Origin: Lingula anatina
Lineage: Eukaryota > Animalia > Brachiopoda
Length of the DNA stretch: 64,000 nucleotides
Reading direction: 5' to 3'
Assembly (NCBI GenBank): GCA_051362555.1
Contig: CM120640.1
Coordinates: 57,762,788 to 57,826,787 of the forward strand
A program made the position numbers and the translations under genes. The notes below the pieces were generated by a model. That model saw only the letters and a list, made by a program, of their open reading frames with translations. It was not told where the DNA came from and made no database searches. Shown here one piece after another: positions 37,652-50,778 of this stretch; position 1 is the first letter of the stretch, and each line of letters starts with the position of its first letter.

Positions 37652-40600
37652 CAGTGATGCATCCAGGGAGCGGCATCAGGGCATTGCCCCCTTTTCCTAA
37701 TGAATGCCCCCAATTTTAGGAAACAGTGCGCAAAAAATGCCCCAGATTTGAACTAATGAGCGCATTTTCAGCAAATAATTTGCGCTCAAAAGTTTCTAGA
37801 GCAATCTCCGTATCGCCAATCTAAGGGGAAATGCTCCTGCAGCGAGAGGGATTTCCAGGTAATGGTTTTTCCAATACGTCATCAATAGCTATTTATAGCA
37901 CTTATCTGATTTAATTGCTTGGTTAATTATTACTTAATCATGGTCATCACAGCGACCTCTGTATCACGTGTTAAAAAACAATGGCTGCCAAAAAAAAAAA
38001 CGATTCTCGATTTCTTCTCAAAGAAAACCATCTATAAGCCGAGTCTGTCGAGTCGGAAGAACCGATGGACTTGGAAAAGGACACTTCGCCCGATTCCTGA
38101 GACTGTCTCGCTGAACGAAGGATCGGAGAATGTGGAAACTGCACAGGAACCACGGAAAGAAAAACCATAAGAGGAAAGCAGGTCAAAGCCTGCGGTGGAT
38201 CGGGAAAACAGCAAAAATATTTCGTTCGTGAGTTCGTGAAAAACCAATCGTCCATGGGTGGTATTAAATGAGAAAAATTAAATGTTGTGCAAATACTGTG
38301 TTGAAACTGGAAAATCCAATTCATTTACGCAAGGAAATACAAACTACAGAACCTCTACATTGGATCGGCATTGCGAATTGCCGGGCCACAAACAGGCCAT
38401 CCAGGACTTGCGCCAGCACGATAATATGAACACTTTGTGTAATAAAAATTTGGACAAAAAATCTGAAGTGCTTATAAAAGCTTTTAAAGCTGTGTATTTC
38501 ATGGCCAAAGAAGGCATCGCCTCTTCAAAATATGGGGCTTTTATGGATTTTATGGAATCGGTGGGTGTTGACATTGGAGCATTTAACATTGGTGAAAATG
38601 CAACTTATTCATCTCGGACTACTGCTGAAGAAATACAGGTAAAATTGTACATGTTCTGCATTATAAGCAATTTTATGTTCTGTCATAGATATAGATCTAT
38701 ATCATAATATTATTTTCTACATGTGTAATTTAGTCTATAAATAATATAGATCTAGTTTATAAAATTTAAAGGGTAACTTTAGCTTATAAATGGAGAGCAA
38801 TTTGTTCCCAAAGTGATTTTGAAGGATGACTGTTCTATTTTAGGAGGGAAGCCTACTTAATTGGATGGGATGTGTTTTGATAAAGAGAGCAGAGTAACAG
38901 ATAGAGGGAGATTTTTTGAAAATTTTGAAATTCAACCCTTTTTATTTCTTATTGAAACCCTATCAAGTGACCACTTAAAATAATCGTCTCATTTAATCGA
39001 GTTTTGATAAGAAATAAAGAAGTTTGGGGCATAAACGTTCAGTTTCACTCCTATCTGTTGCTCAGAGAGAAGCTGCTCCAGTGTGGCTTGTCTTGTGACC
39101 TAGTTTTCCGTTGAAGAATCCATTGCAACTCATGTGTTATCGTTGGTCTTAATGTTTTAATACAATTTTCAAGTCTTTATCAGCGTGTTTCTTATTCTGT
39201 TGCTGAGACGTTTACACTTTACTGGCGTGGTGGCAGCAGTGGCGAAGCAAAAGACCCACAAACCAACAATGAGGGTGTTACATGGCAAAAAAAAAAATCA
39301 AGAGCCTCTCCTCTCCGTGGCTTCCAAGATGATGACGCAGAGGTTCCAAACAGCCGCACAGCACAACAAAAAGTTACTCAACTAGAACTGATGCTTGGGC
39401 AAAAAGCAAACTTTTGCCCCATTATATCTAGAAACACGATAGTGAAAAATTCAACATCTTTACCTAATATTTGGCAGGCTATTCGTCTCCATTATGGTTT
39501 TCAGTCATCGGGTGCACACTTCCTTGATCTCGCAAGCATCAAATTAGAGCATAATGAAAAACCAGAAGACTTATATCAGCAATTACTTGCCTTCATTGAT
39601 GATAGCCTATTGCAGGCAGGCGGCGAAATTTCATATCACGGTGAAAAACCTACTGAAGATGAGGCAACTTCACTCAAGGTTTAGCCATGTATTCGACCCA
39701 CACTATAAGGGATACAATGGAACATCAAGTCCCTTTAAGGCCATTGTAAACATGGGAACCGAACTGCCACCACAACGAAAAGGGCAGATTCCCCAATATG
39801 CTAGGGATAAGTTGGATGAACTACAGAGTAAATTTGATGACCTTGAAGCTCTCGACGTCTTTGCCAGACCGGAGGACGTTGGTGTCGTGGTGGAATATCT
39901 GAACCCTTCCTTTCTTGTGAGAAAACCCAATGGCGGCTTCAGATTAGTTACAGCATTCGCTGAGGTAGGGCGATATTGCAAACCACAACCTTCCGTTTTG
40001 CCAGATGTCAATTCAACACTGTAAACCATAGCGCGCTGGAAGTTCATCGTTGTGTCAGACCTAACTAGTGCATTTTACCAAATTCCCCTCTCAAAGGAGT
40101 CCATGAAGTACTGTGGTGTTGCGACTCCTTTCCGTGGTGTTAGAGTATATACCCGATGTGCCACGGGGATGCCTGGATCAGAAACAGCATTGGAAGAGCT
40201 CATGTGGAGTGTGTTGGGTGAGCTAATCCAGGAGGGCATAGTCACTAAATTAGCTGATGATCTTTATTGCGGTGGCGACACACCTGCACAATTGTACAAC
40301 AACTGGAAGCGTGTCTTGGAGGCCCTTAGCTCTAATGGCCTAAATCTTGCAGCTGCAAAAACCATTGTTGCTCCGAGACAAACTGTTGTCTTAGGATGGG
40401 TTTGGTCCAGTGGAAGTACACATGCAAGTCCTCACCGCATTTCTGCATTATCAAATTGCCCCCCGCCTGAGACAGTCAGTGGAATGAGATCATTTATTGG
40501 CGCATTCATAGTCTTAGCCAGAGTAATACCCAATATGCTGCTCAAATACTCGATCCACTAGAGCAATCCACTGTAGGTCTCCAGTCCAAGGACAAGATTA

Positions 40601-42490
40601 AGTGGAGTGAAAACTTGCAAGACGCCTTTGCTGCAGCACAAATGTCATTGTCCTCCAACAAGTCAATCTTACTACCACGACCAGAGGACCAGCTATGGAT
40701 TGTGACATATTTGAAAAGTACATTTGAACCCGTTTTCAGAAACATATATTACTATTTTGATAAATCTGCAAATAGGGCTGCAGAACTGAAAGAACTTCAG
40801 AAAGTATTTGATGGACCTCAACTTAAAATGAAGGAAGTTCATGATATAAGGTGGCTTGCCTTTTATGAAGCACTGAATGCTGTATTTCACAGCTGGAAAG
40901 CACTAGTGAAGTACTTTCAGGCCAATCAGAAAACCAAACAGTCCCATGATTTGCTTTCCAAGATTACGGACTACAGGTTTGTGACATTGTTATACATCAT
41001 GATGGACATTATTTCACAGTTATCGCAAGTTAGTTTGTTGCTTCAGAAGTCTGAGCTAGACATAACTGCTATGGGTCCAGCTCTGGACCAAAATAAAGTC
41101 GGTGAAAGATGAGAAATCCTACTATCAGAAGCAATTAGAAGAACATTTAAAAATTACAAAGAGTGGTAGTGTCACTTTCTATGGGGTTGAACTTCTTATT
41201 TCAAGGAGCACATTTAAAAAAGCAAAGGATGACACAAGGAAGATAAGAGATGAATTCATCAGTTCCTTGCAGACCCAAATGTCCAAAAGATTTCCAAAAG
41301 ACTGAACCAAGGCAGCATCAGCTTTTAGTGTACTGGGGGTCAGAAACCTTACATTTCTATCAGCTGAAGAACTTGAATCTCATGGAGATGACAAAATCAA
41401 GATTCTGTGTGACCACTTTGGTGTGGAACAGAAGATAGGAGATAAATCAAGTCCTGCTATTGTGGATCCAGCCAAAGTGTTGGTAGAATGGGGTCTTGCC
41501 AAGACCGTTATTAAGCAGGAAATGTATCCAAGGGACAAACTTTCAAATTTATGGCAATTAGTTCATCAGCATCATGCAGAGACATTCCCCAATCTTCTTA
41601 AGCTTGCTGTTATCTGTCTAGTAATGCCATACCAAACAGCTGACTGTGAGAGAGGCTTCAGTGCCCAGAATCATACAAAAACTGTAAGTAAGAATCGCCT
41701 GCAACAGGACAGTCTTAATAGGCTCATGCTTATTAAGATTGAGGGTCCACCAGCAAGGGAGTTCAATTTTTAAGATGCACTGAAGAAATGGAAGGGAAAG
41801 AAGGAAAGAAGACTTTTCAGACAATAGACTGATGATTGTGTAGTGCTTGATGAAACTTTGCAGTCATTATAAGACAATTCTACAAGTATGTGTGCCCATT
41901 GGACCAGACTTAATTTAGGAAAACTCAAACCTGTTTGTGAAGCCAAACATTCATCATAATTACGTCTAAGTGATCATGTGTTTGACAAACTTTGCTTATC
42001 AGCATACAAGTACTAAAATAACTGAGGTGACATTGCACATTAAACCATCAAAATGGTTTCTGAATTTTGTGAAATCCCTATCACAGCTTCACCATGCACA
42101 AAACAAAAATCAGGATACTGACAGTGGAAGTAAGTTTTCATATTAAACTTTATTTAACCATATGTTTATTCAAATGCATATCTTGATTTCTAGCTCTTTC
42201 CATTTTGAGAGAAGCTTGGACCTAAATATAATCATTTGAATAATAGATGGTTTGATACATGTTCTAAGCCAATTAACTCTTAATAACTCAGAAGCTTGCA
42301 CTTGGTTTTCAGCTCCTTCCAAACTGGAAGGAGCTGGGAACCATTTGCAAGCTTATGAGTGATTAAGAATGAATGGCTTAAACATAAACAAAATGACCAT
42401 TTAACCATACTTTTTAACTTCTCATGCCCCCTTTTTGCCAGATTAGGGGGGCATATGCCCCATATTTTGGAAATCCTGGATGCATCACTA
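37652..42490 (+). mobile_element. hAT-superfamily DNA transposon (ZNF862-like transposase, disrupted), 5-bp TSD
   Basis: TIRs CAGTGATGCATCCAGG / CCTGGATGCATCACTA (15/16); TAATG at 37647-37651 and 42491-42495; Zn-finger CKYC...H...H, IRWL, and dimerisation-type motif FPNLLKLA...TADCERGFS...KNRL; frameshifts present. Confidence 0.9.
39030..40705 (+). mobile_element. Internally deleted Gypsy fragment (gag, RT, RNase H start) inside the hAT
   Basis: PBS-like TGGTGGCAGC at 39228; [41 protein letters not shown]; stops and deletions. Confidence 0.85.
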
Positions 42491-42495
42491 TAATG

Positions 42496-43224
42496 CAAAG
42501 TGGGTTCCAGGGGTTATCACTGAGAAAACCGGACCAGTGCATATCGAGTACAGGTAGGAAATGGTACTTGGCATAGGCATGTTGATCAAATACATGATTC
42601 AGTGGCACAAAATAAGGAAATGCACTCTCAAAATGTGCCCCAGTCGGTGAGGGAATATAGTTATTCAGGGGGTCAGACTCATAAATTGTGTTTCCACAGT
42701 GTAGTTTTAAGTAGAGATATGTGATTTAAAATGATTATCATAGTCAGCTGAATTTATATTAAATCTTGTTTGTTTTATGAGAAGTATTTTGTTTTCTTAT
42801 AGTAATGTTTCAAACGGCCCAAAAAAACGAGGCCCCATTGTATTGGAGAGAACATAATGTATACTGTATGTGATCGTATGATCACATACAGTATACATTA
42901 CTGTATACTGTATGTGATCATACGATCACATACAGTATACTGTATACTGTATGTGATCGTATGATCATCAATTTGTTTGTGTATATATATATAAATTTGT
43001 TGGCAACAGTTGTGATTTGTGGCACCTCACATTTCAGCGGGGAGGATGCGGAGATGTACCAGGGATGTACCGGTGTATCTTAGGGACTATATTGTGTGGC
43101 ACGTTACACTGCGCCCCTGCACATTGATATGTACTTTTGATATGACCAATAAAGTCAGTTCCAACAAATGCATTGAATGATGTACACGAGTTATTGCCAG
43201 ACACTCAGACAACATACATAACGG
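42496..43224 (+). mobile_element. Gypsy integrase tail, PPT-like purine run and LTR remnant (continues the element split by the hAT)
   Basis: KWVPGVITEKTGPV..YRVQVGNGTWHRHVDQI directly after the TSD; AGCGGGGAGGA then TG at ~43046; AATAAA ~43148. Confidence 0.6.
42855..42967. repeat. Tandem perfect hairpins with flip-flop loops
   Basis: 21-bp stem with loop GTAT, 17-bp stem with loop ATAC, then a partial third unit with loop GTAT. Confidence 0.9.
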
Positions 43225-43233
43225 CAATGTATT

Positions 43234-43520
43234 GGTTACATGTCGATATGTCCCTGCACCGATACTCCCCCCCCCCACCGGTATATCCCCGCACCAATAC
43301 TTCTTCGCACCGATACTCCCCTACAATTAAAGATACACTGAGGGGGAGTATCAGTGTGGGGAAGTATCAGTGCGGGGGAGTATCGGTGTGGGGATGTACC
43401 GGTGCAGGGATCTATCAGTGTGGGGTCGTACATGTATCGATGCGCATCATATAAAAAAATTACTAAGGGGGATTATCGGTGCGGGGGAGTAACGGTGCGG
43501 GGGAGTATCGACATGACCCC
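43234..43520. mobile_element. Foldback-type MITE (CACCGATACTCCCC subrepeats)
   Basis: GGTTACATGTCGATA / TATCGACATGACCCC termini; (C)AATGTATT duplicated (8-9 bp TSD). Confidence 0.8.
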
Positions 43521-43933
43521 AATGTATTCTGAGTTGTCGTCCTGAGGAGACTGAGGAGTCAATAACGGACTATATTATTCATGCTGAAAACGTCGCGGCT
43601 GCACTGGATAATGCCAGAGAGACTGTAAGTGATGCCTTACTAATTGCAATGATTTTGAAAGGACTTCCAATTGAACATAAAGCACTCTCTGAAGTGTTAG
43701 CACAGGGAGAGATAGAACTAGACTTCACCCAATTTAAAGCACCCGCATACGGTGAGCAATTGGCGCACGCCACTTTTCTCATCGTCTGCAGGGGTATTTT
43801 GATGAGATTTTTGCCTCTTGCGCAGCTGAGCAAAATATCTTGCATGTTTGATATTTTTGGCCTCTCGAGGCAAATGGCACCGATTGCTCAAGACATGCCA
43901 ACAATGCGCATGTGCTGGTAGATGGAAACAAAG

Positions 43934-45773
43934 AACAAGGCAGCAAAGCTGTCAAATGTACAGACAAAAAGCAGACAATAACAATGCACAAAATAGGCTA
44001 CTGTCAATTCTAATGCAAAAGTACGTTATGCTTAACTGCAAATTCAACATCAAATTTTAATTATGCTCAACAGGTAATACCAATGTAAGTAAAATGTGTA
44101 ACAAGCGTAAGGCTTCAGGCCCATGGGAGTTCAAGTTCACACTTTGAAAATGCCAGAATGAGAAAAATGAAAATTTCACACAAAACTGCTTAAATTCAAT
44201 AAATAATGATAACCCAATTGAGCTGGCTTTCTTCTTTGAACTGCATGCCAATCCTAAAAATCATACTTGTAAGTTGAAAATAATAATAAGTAACACAGTT
44301 TTCTTTTCATAATGTTTGTAGTAGCAGTGCAAAAAGATTTTTGTCAATTTTGATGTAACATTACATAATAAATTACAGAAAAATTATCACTAATTTTTGA
44401 TTATTGACTATAAATAGCATGGACATGTAGAAAATTTGATTACCATTTGGCTTCATGTCCATGGGAGCTTCGAGTCATGTTGAATATGCCAACATGATAA
44501 AAATGAATATTTCACTAAAATGTATAACTTCCAGAAAAAGAAGCCAATTAGACTGCTTTTCCAACACAGGCTGCATTTTAGTCCCATGTTTCTTTCCTGC
44601 AAGTTTGAGAACAGTAAGTGACATGGTTTTACTTAAATAGTCATCATGGGAGCAGTGCCCAAAATAGGGGTTTCTTCAAATTTTGATGCAATATTGCATA
44701 ATGCTTAACAGCATAATGACCATCAATTTTTAATTATAAAATATTAGTATCATGGATATTCAGAAAATGTGACTAGCAAAGGTCTTCAGGCCCATGGAAC
44801 TTCAAAGTCACACCTTGAAAATGCAAAAATGTAAACAAGACAGCACTATTCTGAAATGGGTTTATTTCCATTTTTAACACTTTTTTAACATAAAATTAAC
44901 AGTTTACTGCCATTTTTATATGATCAACTACGAAAATTGATGAGATGTGAAAAATATCAATAGAACAGTGTCAAATGTCCAATTTCCTCCATTCTGAGTT
45001 TCTGAACATAGTGAATGATTGAATCTTACAAACTGCAATGATATGAGTTTATTTCCATTTTTGACACCTTATTACACAATACACGATTACAAGTTTACCA
45101 TCATTTTTAAGTAATCAACTAACAATGTTGTAAAGATGCAGGAAATGTCAAACAAACACTTTTACGTATCTTATTAATTAAATAATGAGACTGTTAACAT
45201 GCCTAATAATTGAATCTGAGGAAATGTGAAAAAACAGCATAACTTATAAAATAATGGTCCGATTATGCTGATTTTCGAACTTGACCTGCATTTTAGTAAG
45301 ATTGATTACTCCTGTGAGTTTCATGATAACAGGCCTATGGGTTTTCCTTGAAATGTGTTAACAGTGTTGCATATATGCTGAGAAAAAACAGCATAACTAC
45401 TAAAATAGTGGCCCGATCATGCCGATTTTCGAACTTGATCTGCGTTTTAGTAAGATTGATTACTCCTGTGAGTTTCATGACAACAGGCCTATCAGTTTTC
45501 CTTGAAATGTGTTAACAGTGTTGCATATATGCTGAAAAGTGAAAAAACAGCATAAATTCTACAATAATGGCCCGATCATGCTGATTTTCGAACTTGACCT
45601 GTGTTTTATGAATATTCATCAGCTCTGTAAATATAAAGCCAAAAAGTAAAACTGTCTTCCACTTATGGTGTTAACGCTGAAAGTGCACGGCGACGGCGAC
45701 GGCGACATGATCGGCGACGACAGACGCAGGTGATGGCAATATGTACAGACACATCTGTGTCTGTACATAAAAA
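43934..45773 (+). mobile_element. Full-length HINE/pearl-like element
   Basis: Same 5' end, unit structure, GGCGAC microsatellite and 3' hairpin as 9777-13045. Confidence 0.8.
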
Positions 45774-45779
45774 TAAAGA

Positions 45780-46800
45780 TTGCATAGTGAAAATGAGACG
45801 AGACCATGCAAGTAAGGACCTGAATGACATTACTAGAAAGTGCAGAAGCTTAGAGAATTTTGTCAGGATGAAGTCTGCTGTATTAAACTTTTTTGAGATG
45901 ACGTTGGAGATCACGTTACCCTATGTAACCCAGGAAAAAAGATGCCATCTTGACAGAAACAGAAAAAAATGCAGACTAGAATACTCACTGATTATCTCTC
46001 AAATATTGGAATTTTCTGTGATGTCATGGTTTAGGGTGGAAGTAGGTTGACGCAGGCAGCTTGGAATTTCTAGTAAATCTGGCAAGCTAAGTTGACATCA
46101 TCCTTTAAAAGTGCACGTTCTGTCGATAAATTTACTTAGCAGCTATAGCAGTGAATTAACAGTCGGTACAAGATGGCACAATCAGCAATCACTAAATTTT
46201 TGAGGGGCACTAGCCCAACTGTCAACTTTCAAGATGGACGATAGTCAGACGATGACCAGTCAAGTCCTATACGTCATATGGTACATGTACCAAGCTAGGT
46301 AGGCCAAACAGAAACAGAAAAATTGCAGGCTAGAATACTCACTGATTATCTTTCAAATATTCACTAAAAATTTTTATCAGAGAATCCAGACATAAATGTG
46401 TCGTTTGCACAGTTTTGTAAAATGAGACCCAAACACATTAGGCTGACAAATTTGTTGTCAAGAAATACCTGTCTCTACACTATACACCAAAACATGGCAT
46501 TAAAACTAAAAGCTGTGTGAAATGTTGGTGTTAACATTTCTCCCAAATCCTGAGGTTGACAGAAAAACTACAACTCTGGAGGAATTAAAAAAAAAACTGG
46601 GGGACATATCAAATATAATGACAGGTTATGATAGCAAAGGATAGAAAAAGATGGAGAGAAGAAAATGAGGATTGTGAAAGTGGAAGTTACCAGAACAGCT
46701 TTTATTTAATAGATGACATCTTCCTATGAATTGTTTCTTGCTCACTGGCAAAACAGTTTAGCATGAAATAAATGTGCAACTTTTAGCTTTTGTGTGTTAC
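45780..46800 (+). pseudogene. Degraded putative DNA-transposon ORF remnant
   Basis: FCKMRPKHI...RNTCL.TIHQNMALKLKA motif amid stops and frameshifts; ~50-bp direct duplication (~45957 and ~46311). Family not determined. Confidence 0.4.
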
Positions 46801-47029
46801 TAAAGCATCCTGGTGCCAAAATATGACCTAGAAATACATTTATTTCATCAATTCTATATTGATCAAAATGTCTTTGAAAATTTGTTCAGTATACTGGAAA
46901 TGTCCTTGAAAAGTACTGGGGAAAAATTATATGAAACCTGTGCAAACCATGTGTTGAGTGAAGTTCAGCAGTTATATCTTGATACAGGAACAGTCTGCAC
47001 AGGCTCAGAAGAAGCCTGGTAACTGAATT

Positions 47030-47575
47030 TAGAGATCAGTGGGGAAAATGTCACATTTAATATTGACTCTTGCGCAGACACTACAGTGATAAGTGAGAAG
47101 TCTTATAACAGCAGAAAACCAGTGTCACGTTGCATAGTCCAGGTTGAAAATTGAATAGTATGGACACGTTTGATGCTGTCACTCAACTAAAAGGGAAGAT
47201 GTACAGATTCGTGTGTGTTGTCAAAAGGACAATATCCTTGGTAGGAGTACTGCAAGCACCATGGGACTGACTGTAAAGGTTGATAATGTAAAAGCTTATG
47301 TATCTGGATCAACAGGTCACCTCGACTGTATACCAGTGCGAATCACTGACGGAAAATACCCAGCCATACTATTTGTCTATAGCACATATTCCCTTTCTGC
47401 TTATGGGAAAAGTTAAAGAGAAACTACATATTTTAGAGCAGGAAGGACTCATCAGTTCACCCTTATGGTGTTAATAAATAAGAAAAATGACAATGTCAGA
47501 ATTTCCCTTCATTTTAAAAAACTTAATGAATCAGTCATGTGTGAGAACTTTCTGCTGCCAAACTTAGATGACAAT
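47030..47575 (+). mobile_element. Degenerate Gypsy protease/RT fragment
   Basis: FNIDSCADTTVISE (aspartic protease-like); ILEQEGLI, KKLNESV and LPNLDD remnants. Confidence 0.6.
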
Positions 47576-47579
47576 CTTC

Positions 47580-47800
47580 CCAGCAAATTAACCTCGTTTT
47601 CATATAACATACAAAACTAACAACTTCACACCGATGCAAATAAGGCAGAGAGACGTGTATTTGGGCAAACTAACAGTCAGCGAATCAAAGACCCTTCTGA
47701 ATTTTTGGACATTTTTTTCAGTGATGAGGCAAATTTCCAGCTTAATTGTTACATGAACAAACTGAATACGCACTTCTGGGCTCAGCCTCAAAAGCATCAG
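47580..47800 (+). mobile_element. Tc1/mariner transposase fragment
   Basis: Plus frame reads EFLDIFFSDEANFQLNCYMNKLNTHFW, resembling the first catalytic Asp motif (FSDEA). Confidence 0.6.
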
Positions 47801-48549
47801 TATAGCACACTTAGTGTGGAGAAAGTGACTAAAGCATGTTTTGTCATAATAACATTAACAAATAGGGATGACTAAAGTTGGTATGTAAAGACACGCCATA
47901 TAACAATCTTGAATGGCTGACATATGTCCAGGTGAACCTGAATCCTGTGCCAGGGCCAGAACAAACTGGAAGTTCCTCATCTGACAAGCAAGAAGTACTT
48001 TTGAGAATAACAGGTCCCAGCACTTGGCTGCTGCAAGGGACTGATGTCATAGGGTCCCTTCCTCCTCAACTCACCAATTGAGATAACTGTAGAGGTGTGT
48101 GTGCTTCTAGTTTCAGACTGTGGAGCCACTTTCGTTGTCACTGCTAATTTTAACAGAAAAGTCATTGTCTGCTTCTGATGGAAAACATACTACTGCTTCT
48201 CTAAACTTGATTACTATACTGGTAAATCTTATTGAATGTCAGTATAATGATACATGATTACAGCAGAATTGCTAATCTTACTGGAAATATCTTCATGATG
48301 GCAGTAAGATGTCAGAGCATTGACTTGGTCCATTTTTCAGAGAAAACTCCTAAACTTTCATCTTCATCTTGTGGTGACAAGCCAATGGAATCAATCTTGA
48401 AGCAACCAATAGACAAGGTACCCAAGAAACTGTAGGACAAGCTACTCTGAGCACTACACTACTGGTACATGTGAATGTTAGGTACAAGTGTGGCAAAGAT
48501 TTGGGACATTCTGCCTTTGCTTTATTTCTTGCTTTAAGCAAAATAATCT

Positions 48550-50778
48550 CTATGCATTTTTCAGTCTTTGTGACCTTCGTGGAGATTGCTTATATGCACC
48601 TTCAGCTTCTACATGTAATCCATAATCTTCATCCTGTACCATGACAGTTAGAAGTAAGAGTGGTACAACAAAGAATGGCAGATAGGCCCAACTCAGAGTC
48701 AATCTTTCCATCATAGTGCTGGGCCCTGGATACTTTGACTGGCTGAAATCATGCATTGCAATGTGGTACAAGATGGCAATCACTGCTGTTATAGTATGTG
48801 CAGAATAAATGATGGCTGGCATTCTTATCCATCTACAGTTACCTGTAACAATGAAATGATTCTTGCAATAAAGCAATTTGAAATGAAGTCTTTGTTTCCA
48901 TAAAATAAATATAATATAGAAATAAATTTGGTCAATTAAATAGTAGTTTCATCAACTAAAACACAAAAGTGTGATATATTATCAAATTGTCTCATTGCTG
49001 TGGATAAACAGCTGTCAGATAATGGTGGAGATCAAAGTTTGTATCATTTCATATACAACAATCACTTAATATACAGCATTAGTGCACATGGCAGTTATCG
49101 CTAGTCATTAAAGGATATTGAACAAAGTACAATACCCCAGAAAATTGTCAAAAATAAAACCTTAACCTACTAACAACCATAACTTGCACCATGGAATTTT
49201 TACCAACAGAGCTTACCAAAAGCTTATTTTCTAAGCAATTATCATAAAACTGTTTATAAATTCTACTTTGTATCACCTTTATAAAATGCATAGGCAGCTG
49301 CGAATGACAATGGTGTATGCAGGAACTGTTCACAGAAGAAAATTGCCTGGTACCATGGTGGAGGATCCAAATACATGTTGTCTTTTATGCCATTGCCATA
49401 CCATGAGTGCAATCTTCTTAACTACAAATATCATCAAAAGATTTTTTTTTCAATCTGAAAAGTGCAAATTTCTAGAACGTTAAAATAAGGACATCTCCAC
49501 CTTAGCGCAAACACGTCTATGAAAACTTTCATTGATTTACAACCTCAAAATAAAGTCCAGGGTATTAATGAAAAAATAAAAGTCTAAATAAAAAATATCT
49601 AATTCTAGAATGAATGACAATAATTTACATTTTTGTGATTTCTTCAGGACTTTCACTTTATTAAAGCATATTCAACAGAGCTTTGATTATTGGGATGAAA
49701 AAGAGAGACTCCTTGTAAAAGTGACTATAAGACATTAAATATTTAGCAATATGCAACCTGCAACTGGCCCTGAGTTTACAAGGCTTGGGTACTGACTAAA
49801 GTTAAGAGAGAAGCTTCAAATAAGTGATGGATAAAAGCATAGGCTGCATGTCTTGTTTATTTATTTATTAAAGTAATGACAACAGGCAGCTTTACAGTAG
49901 GTGCTAATTGTTTTTTCAAACCGCAAAAAAAGTGTCCTGCATGCTGTTTCTAAACCACTGAGTAGGAAACTTATCTTTGTCAACATAGGACTAAGCGCAG
50001 CTGATACTGCCACACGGGCAATGTTTTGACAATCTAAGAATGGTTGAAAGTGAAAAATGTTAATTTTTAAATTGAATTTTATTCATTTTTCTTTTCTTTC
50101 TTTCCTTTTTTGTGTGGGGAGACCTCCCGAGTAGATTTGACCTGATTTTAGCCAGTTTATAACAGGTGTATGATTTTACAACAGTCAAACTGGTAGACAG
50201 ACAGATGAAGTTAAGGAAAGTGGGAAAACTGGTTGGCTTCACAGTAATGTGCGTGTTGAGGAGATGAGATGTAAAATAAAAATTTGAGAGCTGCCGCACT
50301 GCAGCTGGTTCAGCAACCTGTTTTCATTTCCAACTTTTTGAGGCCTTTGCTTTCATGCATTAGCTCAGCCAGTACATATCGGAATCGTCAATAGGAGTGC
50401 TAACGCATGGATTTTCGTGCCACTCTACTCACAATAGGAGAATGTGTAAGGGGAGACAACTTAATTGGCTGTCAGTCCAAAAATGGTCTTACTCGTGGTT
50501 TAAGATCATGCAAGACTATATGTGATCTTAAATTGCACTTTAAGACCAAATCATGCCCACTAGCGTAAGTAATTAATATCGTTGAGCCAACTTAACAAAC
50601 AGTTGCAATTTTGGCTACTTTATTTGGGCTATGACTCCTGTTGGTTTAGCTTATCTGCTTTACTTACAGACTGTGGGTAAAGCCAGCTGGGAAAGACGAT
50701 CTGTGAGTCCATAATTATAACGATTGGAATGTTGATTAAAAAGTAAGTGAAGAACATCCACTCTAAAACACGACGCAT
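48550..50778 (-). CDS. TMEM97: TMEM97/sigma-2 receptor-like, copy C (complete)
   Basis: Exons 50778-50668 (MRRVLEWMFFTYFLINIPIVIIMDSQIVFPSWLYPQS), 49421-49277 (145 nt), 48842-48550. Confidence 0.9.

Noticed and set aside
32279-44285. Near-identical 350-bp direct repeats as LTRs of one 12-kb element
   Set aside because: They are 5' ends of the dispersed HINE-like family, have no TG..CA ends, and enclose a host TMEM97 exon.
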